Part shown: one piece after another, positions 53,335 to 62,409 of the stretch | Numbering within the stretch: position 1 is the stretch's first letter | How the letters are laid out: every line of letters begins with the position of its first letter | Made by a program: the position numbers and the translations under genes | The notes under the pieces: model-generated | Database searches by the model: none | The model's input: only the letters and a program-made list of their open reading frames with translations | What the model was told of the DNA's origin: nothing | DNA from: Candidatus Enterousia sp. | Lineage (GTDB): Bacteria > Pseudomonadota > Alphaproteobacteria > Rs-D84 | DNA: 64,000 nt | Direction of reading: 5' to 3' | Assembly: GCA_045613315.1 (NCBI GenBank) | Contig: JAZLAV010000018.1 | Span: 33,975 to 97,974 of the forward strand

Positions 53335-55005
53335 ATGAAACACGAAAACAAGATTTTGCAGATATCTTTGTTTGTGGGCATCGTTGCGATGTTGGTCGAT
53401 GGTGGTGCCAATGCCGCGGTACGTATCGGAAATAAAACAAAAAACGATGTGTACCGCCAATATATGGTGGCGAATGTTGTGTCCAATAATGCCACGTCGT
53501 CCGCTACGGCGACTGAATTGCCGGTGCGTGTCGCAGACGAAAATTTGGCAAAACAGATTGCAAATGGTAATGCCAGTATAAGTGCAACCCAGTTGGAAAG
53601 GTGCAATCGTATATATCCAAATGGCGAATTCGCGTGGGATAAACCGACCGTTGGCGTTGGCGCCGGTGGTGCAAATGCGTGTGTGGCAATTGTTGAATTG
53701 CGTGGTTATCAAATGGGGGCGGGCGGATCTGATGTGGTTTTGGCCCGTGCCAATGTGGCGGCCGGCGATGGCTTTAAATGTAATATATCTGAATTCCCAG
53801 AATTTTCATACACCATAGATGCACAAAATGTGGTTTTTCCGGCCGATTCCGAACCGACAACAGATGATGTGATAAGCGTTTTGAACGCCGAACAGAAACA
53901 AAACGCAGGACTTAAGATTGCGGCGGCAACATTGGTCGGGGCAATTGGCGGAAATATCGCGGGTAAAAATGATGTCGGCAAAAGTGGACTGGTTGGTACA
54001 GACAAAGGTAAAGTCCAAGGAACCGTGATTGGTGCATTGTCCGGGGCGGCAATTGGTGCCGGTGGCGCATACGCAGGCAAGGTCGGTGGTGATATGATTA
54101 TGTCGACCGGAATAAATGCGGCGGCCGGTGGTGTTGTGGGCAATATTATGGCGTCGGGTGATGATGTTTTGCGTATCGAAGATTGCCGCGATACCAACGG
54201 TAATTCGTCAAAATGCCTGTGGGGGTATCTGGTCGAAGGAACGCGTATGACTGCGGGCGACGGTGGTAAATTGTGCGAAAAAGAGAATAATTGTTTTTAT
54301 GCGTATTATGATTTGGATACCGATATTGTGACAACCTGTGATGAAAATAATAAAAATTGTAAAACGGATAATTTGGTATCGGTAATGGTTAATAACGCCA
54401 CAGCAAAAGATGGCGCACAACAACGGGGCACCGCACAATCGCTAAATACGGCGGAAAGAAACGCCATCCGGAACAGCGGGTACAACTTGTTCCAAATGAA
54501 CAAAGATACGAAAGAAATGTCGGCGTCGCAATCGGGTCCATATGTTCGTATTGTGTCGGCCATGCGTCCAACAACCAGAAAACCGGCAATGATTTGGGGC
54601 TTTAATGATAAATTCTTTGGCGTTAAACGTTCCGATTGGTACGCGTGGAAAAAATCCAACCCAACCACAATAATTCATTACCGTGATGCCCAGGGTAATT
54701 CGGCCGGCCAAGAATCAAACGCATCGGTGGATGATTTTGACCCAATGTATGTAAGGGCGTCTGACGGTGGCATTATCGATTTGGATAACAAGGCGCGCTT
54801 AAAGGGCACAATGATTGGTGCCGGTGCCGGCGGTGCATTGGGGGCGTTTACCGCATATCAGGGCGCCCAAAGCGATATTGACGAACGTTGGGTTTCCGCG
54901 GTGCGTGAATACAAAGATTCTTTACAGAAATTTTACTGTATGACGGGGACACGGTTTTTATCGTATTATAACGATATGGTTGTGATACCGAATGTCGACG
55001 AATAA
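53335..55005 (+). CDS. secreted glycine-zipper / Cys-containing protein of unknown function
   Basis: Signal peptide MKHENKILQISLFVGIVAMLVDGGANA. Long GxxxG-rich stretch (GAIGGNIAGKNDVGKSGLVGTDKGKVQGTVIGALSGAAIGAGGAYAGKVGG). Several Cys pairs. Confidence 0.5.
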   Translation: MKHENKILQISLFVGIVAMLVDGGANAAVRIGNKTKNDVYRQYMVANVVSNNATSSATATELPVRVADENLAKQIANGNASISATQLERCNRIYPNGEFAWDKPTVGVGAGGANACVAIVELRGYQMGAGGSDVVLARANVAAGDGFKCNISEFPEFSYTIDAQNVVFPADSEPTTDDVISVLNAEQKQNAGLKIAAATLVGAIGGNIAGKNDVGKSGLVGTDKGKVQGTVIGALSGAAIGAGGAYAGKVGGDMIMSTGINAAAGGVVGNIMASGDDVLRIEDCRDTNGNSSKCLWGYLVEGTRMTAGDGGKLCEKENNCFYAYYDLDTDIVTTCDENNKNCKTDNLVSVMVNNATAKDGAQQRGTAQSLNTAERNAIRNSGYNLFQMNKDTKEMSASQSGPYVRIVSAMRPTTRKPAMIWGFNDKFFGVKRSDWYAWKKSNPTTIIHYRDAQGNSAGQESNASVDDFDPMYVRASDGGIIDLDNKARLKGTMIGAGAGGALGAFTAYQGAQSDIDERWVSAVREYKDSLQKFYCMTGTRFLSYYNDMVVIPNVDE

Positions 55006-55028
55006 AAAACGCGCCGTTGGCGCGTTTT

Positions 55029-56390
55029 TTATTGTTTTACGATTTCCAATACACGTGACGGAACATCCGAAATTGGAACACGAATTTGTTCCATTGTGTC
55101 ACGATAACGCAATGTGACGGTGCTGTCTTCGATTGTTTGGTGGTCAACGGTTATACATACCGGTGTGCCGATTTCGTCGTGACGGCGATAATTTTTACCA
55201 ATGTTGCCACTGTTTTCCAATTCAATGCGCCCGATTCCCAATTTGCGTAAAGCGTTTTCGATGTTGGTTGATATTTCCAACAATTCGGGTACATTGCGCG
55301 CCAATGGAATAACCGCAGCCTTGACCGGACTTAACCACGGTTTCAATTTCAAAACAACGCGCGATTTGCCATCGGACAGTGCTTCTTCGGTGTATGCTTC
55401 TATCATAACCGCCAACATGGCGCGATTTACACCCATAGCCGTTTCAATGACGTATGGGATAAAGTTTTCGCCGGTTTGCGGATCGGAATAAGACAATTTG
55501 ACCGTACTGTCCGTGTTTTTAAGGACGTTCGCGTTGATTTTATATTCGTCCTGGGATTTCGTATGTGACCCCAGGTCGAAATCCTGGCGATTGTGGACAC
55601 CTTCGACTTCGTCAAAGCCATCTGGAAACGCGTATTCGATATCAACTGCGGCCTTGGCATAATGGGCCAATTTTTCGTGTGGCAAGAAGCGTAATTTTTC
55701 CGCCGGAATACCCAATGTGTCAATCCACCACGCCATACGGGTTTGTTTCCACATTTCAAAATACTGTTCGTCGGTTGAAGGGTTTACAAAATATTGCATT
55801 TCCGCCTGTTCAAATTCGCGCATACGGAACACAAAGCCACGCGGGGAAATTTCGTTACGAAAAGCCTTGCCAATCTGGGCGATACCGAACGGCAATTTGT
55901 GTGGTTTGGAATCCAGTACATTTTTGAAATTCACATATGTGGTTGTTGCCGTTTCCGGGCGCAGATACGCATTAATCGCACCGTCCGCCATTGCACCAAT
56001 GGAAAGACCCATCATCAACTGGTACGCGCGTGGCTCGGTAATGTCGGTCGAACCACAGTTATCACATTTGCTGGGGTCGCGCATTTTATCCTGGCGCATG
56101 CGGGTACCACATTTTTTGCACTCAACCAGTGGATCGGAAAACGAAGCCTCGTGCCCCGAATATTTCCACATTAAACGATTGGAAATTAATGCCGCATCAA
56201 GTCCCTCGATATCATTACGAGAATAAACCATGGCGTTCCACCACGCGTTGCGAATATTCTTCATCAGTTCCACACCATATGGGCCGTAATCATACGCACC
56301 ACCCAGGCCACCATAAATCTCGGACCCGGTGAAAATAAACCCGCGCCGCTTGCATAATGCGACAATATCATTAACTGTTTTTGCTGGCAT
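55029..56390 (-). CDS. glyQS: glycine--tRNA ligase (dimeric alpha2 type)
   Basis: MPAKTVNDIVALCKRRGFIFTGSEIYGGLGGAYDYGPYGVELMKNIRNAWW... is a textbook GlyRS2 N-terminus. Confidence 0.85.
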   Translation of the reverse strand: MPAKTVNDIVALCKRRGFIFTGSEIYGGLGGAYDYGPYGVELMKNIRNAWWNAMVYSRNDIEGLDAALISNRLMWKYSGHEASFSDPLVECKKCGTRMRQDKMRDPSKCDNCGSTDITEPRAYQLMMGLSIGAMADGAINAYLRPETATTTYVNFKNVLDSKPHKLPFGIAQIGKAFRNEISPRGFVFRMREFEQAEMQYFVNPSTDEQYFEMWKQTRMAWWIDTLGIPAEKLRFLPHEKLAHYAKAAVDIEYAFPDGFDEVEGVHNRQDFDLGSHTKSQDEYKINANVLKNTDSTVKLSYSDPQTGENFIPYVIETAMGVNRAMLAVMIEAYTEEALSDGKSRVVLKLKPWLSPVKAAVIPLARNVPELLEISTNIENALRKLGIGRIELENSGNIGKNYRRHDEIGTPVCITVDHQTIEDSTVTLRYRDTMEQIRVPISDVPSRVLEIVKQ

Positions 56391-56460
56391 AATCGTATCA
56401 CTCCAATTTATTTACGGTCATATTCTATAACTTAATAGACATTTTGCAAGGGGCAAATGC

Positions 56461-56488
56461 AAATAAAAAACGGGGCAATTGGCCCCGT
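56461..56488 (-). terminator. terminator after ferredoxin gene
   Basis: cggggcaattggccccg flanked by A-run and T-run. Confidence 0.6.
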
Positions 56489-56503
56489 GTCGTGATGCGT
56501 TTT

Positions 56504-56680
56504 TTATTCCGCGCTTATCGCGTTAACCGGACACATTGCGGCGCACGTTCCGCACGATACACACTTTGATGGGTCAATTTCGCATTTGTCGTTACCATTT
56601 GTTTTTATTGCGCCCATCGGACAAACACCCGCGCACGTGTGACAACCAACGCACTGTGATTGATTTATTTTGTATGCCAT
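56504..56680 (-). CDS. fdxA: 2x[4Fe-4S] ferredoxin (58 aa)
   Basis: Not in the ORF track. MAYKINQSQCVGCHTCAGVCPMGAIKTNGNDKCEIDPSKCVSCGTCAAMCPVNAISAE contains two CxxCxxCxxxCP clusters. Confidence 0.8.
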   Translation of the reverse strand: MAYKINQSQCVGCHTCAGVCPMGAIKTNGNDKCEIDPSKCVSCGTCAAMCPVNAISAE

Positions 56681-56695
56681 TTTGCTTTCCTTTTT

Positions 56696-57406
56696 TTAAT
56701 TGCGGTTAAATAAACTTAATACATATTGGAACATTGCGATGAAAGAGATATAAAGGTGCAATGCGCCCAATACGGCCAACTGATTCTTGCTTGTTTCGTC
56801 GCCGACATAGTTATATGCGGATTTTAATGTCTGCATGTCGTACGCGGTGAAAAGCGCAAATACCAATACACCAATTAAGCATACGATTGTGCCAAACGTG
56901 CCACCAATCAACGCCGGCCAAATGAACGACGCCAGACCAACCAAAATCAACCCAATCATTCCCATAAACAAAAATATGCGCAAGAACGATAAATCGCGGA
57001 CTGTTTTATAACCAAACATCGCCATACAGCCAAACATCACCGCAGAAATTCCAAACGCAAACAATATTGTCCACGGATTTCGTATAACGGCAAAAAGCAA
57101 CATCGGACTTATTACTATGCCCATAATAATGGCGTACAGCGCCAATAACAATGCCGCCGTGGCTGGTTTGATATGAAATGCGCGAACCTGGGCCCAGATG
57201 GACAATGCCAACCCGCCAAACAACAAAATGTAATAAATTGCGGACATACCGCCCGTGCCGTTTATCAAAAATAATCCCAACCGGGTATACATGGTTAAAT
57301 ATGATGCAATTGCGGTAATTCCAACCGCGCCAAACATTAACGCAAACACGCGTTTAAGATACAAAGACATACCGTCTGTGTGACCTGATCTTGTAATTTT
57401 TGCCAT
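56696..57406 (-). CDS. Bax inhibitor-1/YccA (TMBIM) family membrane protein
   Basis: 236 aa, 7 TMs, and a BI-1-like N-terminus (…LKRVFALMFGAVGITAIASYL…). Confidence 0.65.
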   Translation of the reverse strand: MAKITRSGHTDGMSLYLKRVFALMFGAVGITAIASYLTMYTRLGLFLINGTGGMSAIYYILLFGGLALSIWAQVRAFHIKPATAALLLALYAIIMGIVISPMLLFAVIRNPWTILFAFGISAVMFGCMAMFGYKTVRDLSFLRIFLFMGMIGLILVGLASFIWPALIGGTFGTIVCLIGVLVFALFTAYDMQTLKSAYNYVGDETSKNQLAVLGALHLYISFIAMFQYVLSLFNRN

Positions 57407-57481
57407 AATTTTCTCCTTGTTATTTGGTATTTATATAATACAATATCCGTGCAAATTCAAGGTTAAAACGGAAAAACAATT

Positions 57482-58279
57482 ATGGCAATAACAATCAATC
57501 CAATTTCCCCTGTCGCAATAAGTTTTTTTGGGATGGATGTGCGGTGGTATGCGTTGGCGTATATCGCAGGGTTTGTTTTGGGATACATGGTGCTGAAAAA
57601 AATGCTGGCGTCGCCGAAATCACCAATTGTGCTGGATAAAAAGCAATTGGAAGATTTGATGACCGCCGTAATATTGGGCGTAATATTGGGTGGCCGGTTG
57701 GGATATGTGTTAATATATAATCCGTTGTTCTTTGTTGCGCACCCGTTGGAAATTTTGGCGGTGTGGCACGGCGGGATGAGCTTTCATGGCGGACTGGTCG
57801 GAGTTTTGTTGGCGACATTGTTGTTTGCGCGTAAAAACAAGATTCGTTTTTGGTCATTGCTGGACATGATGGCGGTCGTTGCGCCGATTGGCCTTTTCTT
57901 TGGTCGTATTGCTAATTTCATAAATATGGAGGTAATGGGGCGTCCCACCGATGTTCCATGGGCGGTTGTGTTCCGTGACCAAACCACAATTCCGCGTCAC
58001 CCAAGCCCGATTTATGAAGCATTTGGCGAAGGCATCATATTGTTGGCAATAATGGCGTGTTTGTATCGTTGGGCGGGGTTGCGTCGATATCCGGGGGTGT
58101 TGGCGGGTATTTGGGGCATGGGATATGCCGTGGCGCGAATTATATGCGAACAATTCCGCGCACCCGATGTCCAGATTGGTTTTCTGACATCGTGGGGATT
58201 AACAATGGGAACACTGTTATCGACGATTATGTTTGTCGCCGGCGCAATAATTTTTGCGGTTGCATTGCGAAAAAAATAA
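57482..58279 (+). CDS. lgt: prolipoprotein diacylglyceryl transferase
   Basis: …GMDVRWYALAYIAGFVLGY…GGRLGYVL…HGGLVGV…GRIANFIN… are Lgt signature blocks. Confidence 0.85.
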   Translation: MAITINPISPVAISFFGMDVRWYALAYIAGFVLGYMVLKKMLASPKSPIVLDKKQLEDLMTAVILGVILGGRLGYVLIYNPLFFVAHPLEILAVWHGGMSFHGGLVGVLLATLLFARKNKIRFWSLLDMMAVVAPIGLFFGRIANFINMEVMGRPTDVPWAVVFRDQTTIPRHPSPIYEAFGEGIILLAIMACLYRWAGLRRYPGVLAGIWGMGYAVARIICEQFRAPDVQIGFLTSWGLTMGTLLSTIMFVAGAIIFAVALRKK

Positions 58280-58291
58280 AGGAGGCAAAAT

Positions 58292-58603
58292 ATGGCTATG
58301 ATTTATTGCCGTGAATGTGGTCGTCATTATTCAGACAGAGCGGTTGCATGTCCAAAGTGCGGTTATCGTGAGTACGACTATACAAAATCTGTTGCGATTT
58401 ATTTGGTTTTCTGTTGGGTGTTTGGTGTGATAGGTGTACACCGTTTTTATGCTGGCAAAACGGGGTCTGGGCTGTGTATGTTAATTTTGACATGTACAAT
58501 TTTTGGGATTTTTATAACAACAATATGGGCTTTAATAGACTTTATTGTTGGTGTATGCAATATATCAAAGCCAGAAAATATATTTGCGTTTAAGAAAAAA
58601 TAA
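58292..58603 (+). CDS. TM2-domain protein with N-terminal zinc ribbon
   Basis: CRECGRHYSDRAVACPKCG, then the TM2 core GVHRFYAGKTGSGLCMLIL. Confidence 0.6.
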   Translation: MAMIYCRECGRHYSDRAVACPKCGYREYDYTKSVAIYLVFCWVFGVIGVHRFYAGKTGSGLCMLILTCTIFGIFITTIWALIDFIVGVCNISKPENIFAFKKK

Positions 58604-58662
58604 ATATAGAATAGGTCAGCGAACAAAACCGCAGGTTGAAAGACCGGCGGCGAAAAAGTTTA

Positions 58663-58752
58663 GGATGGGTGGCAGAGCGGTCGAATGCGACGGTCTTGAA
58701 AACCGTTGAAGTCGCAAGGCTTCCGGGGGTTCGAATCCCTCCCCATCCGCCA
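58663..58752 (+). tRNA. tRNA-Ser (anticodon UGA), long variable arm
   Basis: Acceptor GGATGGG/CCCATCC; anticodon stem ACGGT/ACCGT with loop CTTGAAA; long extra arm; T-loop TTCGAAT; encoded CCA. Confidence 0.75.
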
Positions 58753-58762
58753 GTAATATTGG

Positions 58763-58798
58763 ACATCCCGTGGTAATCCCACGGGATGTTCTTTTTCG
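58763..58798 (+). terminator. terminator after tRNA-Ser
   Basis: acatcccgtggtaatcccacgggatgt + tctttttc. Confidence 0.6.
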
Positions 58799-58911
58799 CC
58801 CCATTTCTGGCGATTTTTACCCACGATATTTCCAATGTATATCGCCAAATTTATCAAACCAGCCCAAATAGCAAGCATTGATATACTTTGGCTATTTTCG
58901 TTGAGGCACTT

Positions 58912-59229
58912 TTAATGATTTTTACCTTTAAAACTATAATCTTTGCCATAATTTTGGGCGTCCTGTTTATGAGCCGCCCAATGTGCTTGTTGGTCATGGA
59001 ACACATACAAATTTGATGGACGATTGTCTTGTTTGTTTCGGTTTATATGATGCACAACTTCACCAGATTGTAAAGGTCTACCAAGTTTTATTTCTGCCAT
59101 ATGACGATGAACTAGCTGCCCTGAATCTTTGTACACTCTATATCCATTGGCATTAGTATATGTTTTTGACGTACTGCGAGAATAAGATGCAAATTTATTC
59201 CTCATTTTCATCACCTCCTTTAGCATCAA
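58912..59229 (-). CDS. HNH endonuclease (phage-type)
   Basis: …GEVVHHINRNKQDNRPSNLYVFHDQQAHWAAH… is an HNH motif with the conserved Asn and His. Confidence 0.65.
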   Translation of the reverse strand: MMLKEVMKMRNKFASYSRSTSKTYTNANGYRVYKDSGQLVHRHMAEIKLGRPLQSGEVVHHINRNKQDNRPSNLYVFHDQQAHWAAHKQDAQNYGKDYSFKGKNH

Positions 59230-59875
59230 GCATTTCCACCGGTATTAAATCTAGTAAATTACCATTACATTCTGGATAGTGTTTGCATACAATTTCTTTA
59301 AAGTCATCTTCTTTGCCATTGTTGTACTCGGACTTCAATCGTCTAACCTTTACTTCCTTAAATGGAAACCGGTTTCCACAATGTAAGCATTCAACAATTT
59401 CATCTGGTTCAAACCCCATACTGTTTTGACGGCATTCATCTATACCATCTTGCCAATCCTGTCCGGACAATTCTTCATGATAAGGCACATCACTATCCAA
59501 TGGTTCGTGTGAATATTCTGTTATTTCACGACCATCAGGTGTAAAATTATGCGATATAAAACTTGTACATCCGTATTCATTATGAACACTTTCTTCCAGA
59601 AGTTTTCGAGCTTTTGACTGTTCTGCCTCTGTCGATGTTATTAAATCTTTCCAACCATTAAAACCGGCCATTTGTGCGATCAGATGTTGCGCATTGCCTA
59701 GTTTGAATTCAAAATTTTTATCATCGTCCATTATATCATATTCAAGGAATATGCCAACGATATCAAAAAACTTTGGTTCGTATTCATAAATATCACCATC
59801 TTCAGAAAGGTAGCGGGTTTGGTAGTCTTTAAGCAGATTTTTTGCTTGTAATTTAAAGTAGTCTATATTTTTCAT
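59195..59875 (-). CDS. acidic hypothetical protein with Cys/His cluster
   Basis: 226 aa. ...ECLHCGNRF...CKHYPECNG... is a possible zinc site. Overlaps the HNH gene by 35 nt. Confidence 0.4.
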   Translation of the reverse strand: MKNIDYFKLQAKNLLKDYQTRYLSEDGDIYEYEPKFFDIVGIFLEYDIMDDDKNFEFKLGNAQHLIAQMAGFNGWKDLITSTEAEQSKARKLLEESVHNEYGCTSFISHNFTPDGREITEYSHEPLDSDVPYHEELSGQDWQDGIDECRQNSMGFEPDEIVECLHCGNRFPFKEVKVRRLKSEYNNGKEDDFKEIVCKHYPECNGNLLDLIPVEMLDAKGGDENEE

Positions 59876-60080
59876 AATATAAATCCTTTACCGCGTTTGC
59901 GGAGTTGCCCAAGTTCATTATCTAATATTGATTTTGCGTTCGTAGTCTCTTGGCTTAGATAATAAGCTCGGAGGTTTATATTATTTTATTTGTTGGATGA
60001 TGAAATCTTTACACGAACGGGCTAGCCTTCCAACAGGCATACGCACAATATAACATAAAACAGATAAAAAATCAATATGT

Positions 60081-61700
60081 TTATAGATTAAACAGTTTGA
60101 CTTGATACTCAAAGTCATCACTTCTTGATGCTTTATCCAAAATATCTCTAACTACCATATTAATTTTGCCACTTAATAGTTTATTCACGATTGACGGACT
60201 CAGATACGAGAGAGATAAATATTTATAAAATAATCTTGGTGAAGTACGAGCATTATGTATAACATTATCTACATTGCCATTTTGTTCGTATAGTTCCCTA
60301 TATTTCCATGCGGTGGCAAAGGCTTTTAGAATCAGATGGTTGTTGTCAGTGACATTTAGCACACCATTTTTACCACGGTCATATACTGTATTCACATATT
60401 TACGAAGGAATACTTTCTCTGTGATTGTTATGCTGTTATCACCAATTATGTATTCCATTTTGTCTGTGTTTGGATTCATATAATTTTCCTTGATAAAAGG
60501 CTGTAATTTTTGTGCATCGGTCGTAATTGCATAAATCAGCTGCTCTTGTGAATATACAACTTTCTCAACCAGTGATTGAATTAGGTTGCGTTTTTCTACG
60601 AAATTCATGTTTGTAACATCAATTCGTTTTAATATAGTTGCCAGATTTATGGGCAAATTCGACATATCGCTGTTCAGAAAATCTGTTATCGTTTTTATAA
60701 CAATTTCATCCACACGGCCAGCGGTTAGATAGAACCCCTTAGTCGCGTAATAATACGCGGTCTTTTTGCCTTTAGCACTGGTACGCTGGTTTATAAATTT
60801 TACACCATTGTGATTAAATAATTTTCCAGTCAATATATTGGGGGCATGTGTGCTTTGGGATTTATTATTCGCATTATTAGCCAGCGCAATTTGGACACGA
60901 TTAAATAGTTCTGTAGAAATAATTGGCTCGTGTTCGCCTTTGGCAAAAGTGCCTTCTTTTTTATTTTCGATTTGCCCGATGTAAATCTTATCGCGCAATA
61001 TACGGTGCATACTCATTTTAGCAATAGGATTGCCACCACGTATTTTTCGTTTATTGGTTTCCCAGCGTTTACCATATATACCATTTTGTTTTGCGTATTC
61101 GGTTAAATCATTCACAGATTGCAGTTCTAGATATTTTTCAAACAGGTGTCGCACTTGTTCTGCTTCGGTTGGGTTTACTACCAACTTTTTGTTAATCAGG
61201 TCATAACCCAAACGTGGTGCACCACCCATCCACAGTCCTTTGGCTTTTGATGCACGGATTTTATCGCGTACACGTTCGCTTGAAACTTCACGTTCAAATT
61301 GGGCGAACGACAGCAACATATTCAATGTTAATTTACCCATAGATGTACTGGTATCAAATGATTGGGTAATGGACACGAAGTTTGCACCATATTTCTCAAA
61401 GTATTTCATCATATTGTGGAAATCCAATATGGAACGTGATAATCGGTCAACCTTGTAAACAACCACAGTATTAACCAAACCGTGCGCCATATCGTCCAGC
61501 ATTTGTTTTAATGCGGGGCGTTCCATGGTTCCGCCAGATATCGCCGCATCACTGTAAGTTTTATAATATTGCCAACCATTAAACGATTGTGATGCTATAT
61601 ATGCCTTGCACGATTCTTCTTGGTTCTGCAAAGAATTAAATTCCTGTTCAAGTCCATGTTCAGTTGATTTGCGTGTATAAATCGCACACTTAATTGTCAT
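60081..61700 (-). CDS. large serine recombinase (resolvase/invertase catalytic domain + recombinase domain)
   Basis: N-terminal CAIYTRKSTEHGLEQ (catalytic Ser) ... VVVYKVDRLSRS, then a recombinase/zinc-ribbon region; 539 aa. Confidence 0.8.
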   Translation of the reverse strand: MTIKCAIYTRKSTEHGLEQEFNSLQNQEESCKAYIASQSFNGWQYYKTYSDAAISGGTMERPALKQMLDDMAHGLVNTVVVYKVDRLSRSILDFHNMMKYFEKYGANFVSITQSFDTSTSMGKLTLNMLLSFAQFEREVSSERVRDKIRASKAKGLWMGGAPRLGYDLINKKLVVNPTEAEQVRHLFEKYLELQSVNDLTEYAKQNGIYGKRWETNKRKIRGGNPIAKMSMHRILRDKIYIGQIENKKEGTFAKGEHEPIISTELFNRVQIALANNANNKSQSTHAPNILTGKLFNHNGVKFINQRTSAKGKKTAYYYATKGFYLTAGRVDEIVIKTITDFLNSDMSNLPINLATILKRIDVTNMNFVEKRNLIQSLVEKVVYSQEQLIYAITTDAQKLQPFIKENYMNPNTDKMEYIIGDNSITITEKVFLRKYVNTVYDRGKNGVLNVTDNNHLILKAFATAWKYRELYEQNGNVDNVIHNARTSPRLFYKYLSLSYLSPSIVNKLLSGKINMVVRDILDKASRSDDFEYQVKLFNL

Positions 61701-62130
61701 GTTTTATCCTTTTGTTTATTCCAAAGAAGAAATTACCAGACATTTTCATACCTGCGATTTTGGTTGCAACTGCTGACAATGAGGAATATTTGTCGCCATT
61801 ATATGAAAAACTGCCATCGTCATTGACTAACACTAGGTGTTTTATCCCCTTGAAATATCTTGTTAAAATTATACCTGGGACAAAGTTATATTTATTTGGG
61901 CACGCATGGTCTAAACATTGTTCTGGATTATCCTTGTATTTTCGAATTTTTACCAAATATTTATGTTCAATTCGAAGATTTAACCTGTCACATTGAATAT
62001 AATACCAAAGCGATCGCATTTGCCGTTTGAACGGATATTGTGAATATTTTGCCCACAATCGCGCCCGTTCATCAAATGACAGGGCTTTTAACTCCTCCAT
62101 CGTCTTGGGCATGTTATCTTTATATGACAT
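61690..62130 (-). CDS. small protein paired with serine recombinase (DUF2924-like)
   Basis: 146 aa. ...EELKALSFDERARLWAKYSQYPFKRQMRSLWYYIQ... pattern. It overlaps the recombinase start by 11 nt, the usual arrangement for DUF2924 partner proteins. Confidence 0.4.
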   Translation of the reverse strand: MSYKDNMPKTMEELKALSFDERARLWAKYSQYPFKRQMRSLWYYIQCDRLNLRIEHKYLVKIRKYKDNPEQCLDHACPNKYNFVPGIILTRYFKGIKHLVLVNDDGSFSYNGDKYSSLSAVATKIAGMKMSGNFFFGINKRIKHDN

Positions 62131-62409
62131 ATCGGCTCCTTTATAACGTCACGCAATTACCGCTCTGAAAGCCCCAGAAGTCAAGTTAATAAAACAAAAA
62201 TGTTTAATAGTTGTGATATGCGACAAGTTTGAAGCACAATGGCAAAACATATATCAATGGGTTTTATTGATAATTTACAATATAAACGGCGATTATCCAT
62301 AATTGTCATCAAATAACAATATAAAACAGTGGATTTTTTAGCCCTTTTATCCTATTGTATAAATTGTAAGTAGATATACAAGTTAGCTTAATTAACCCAT
62401 GGAAGCAAA

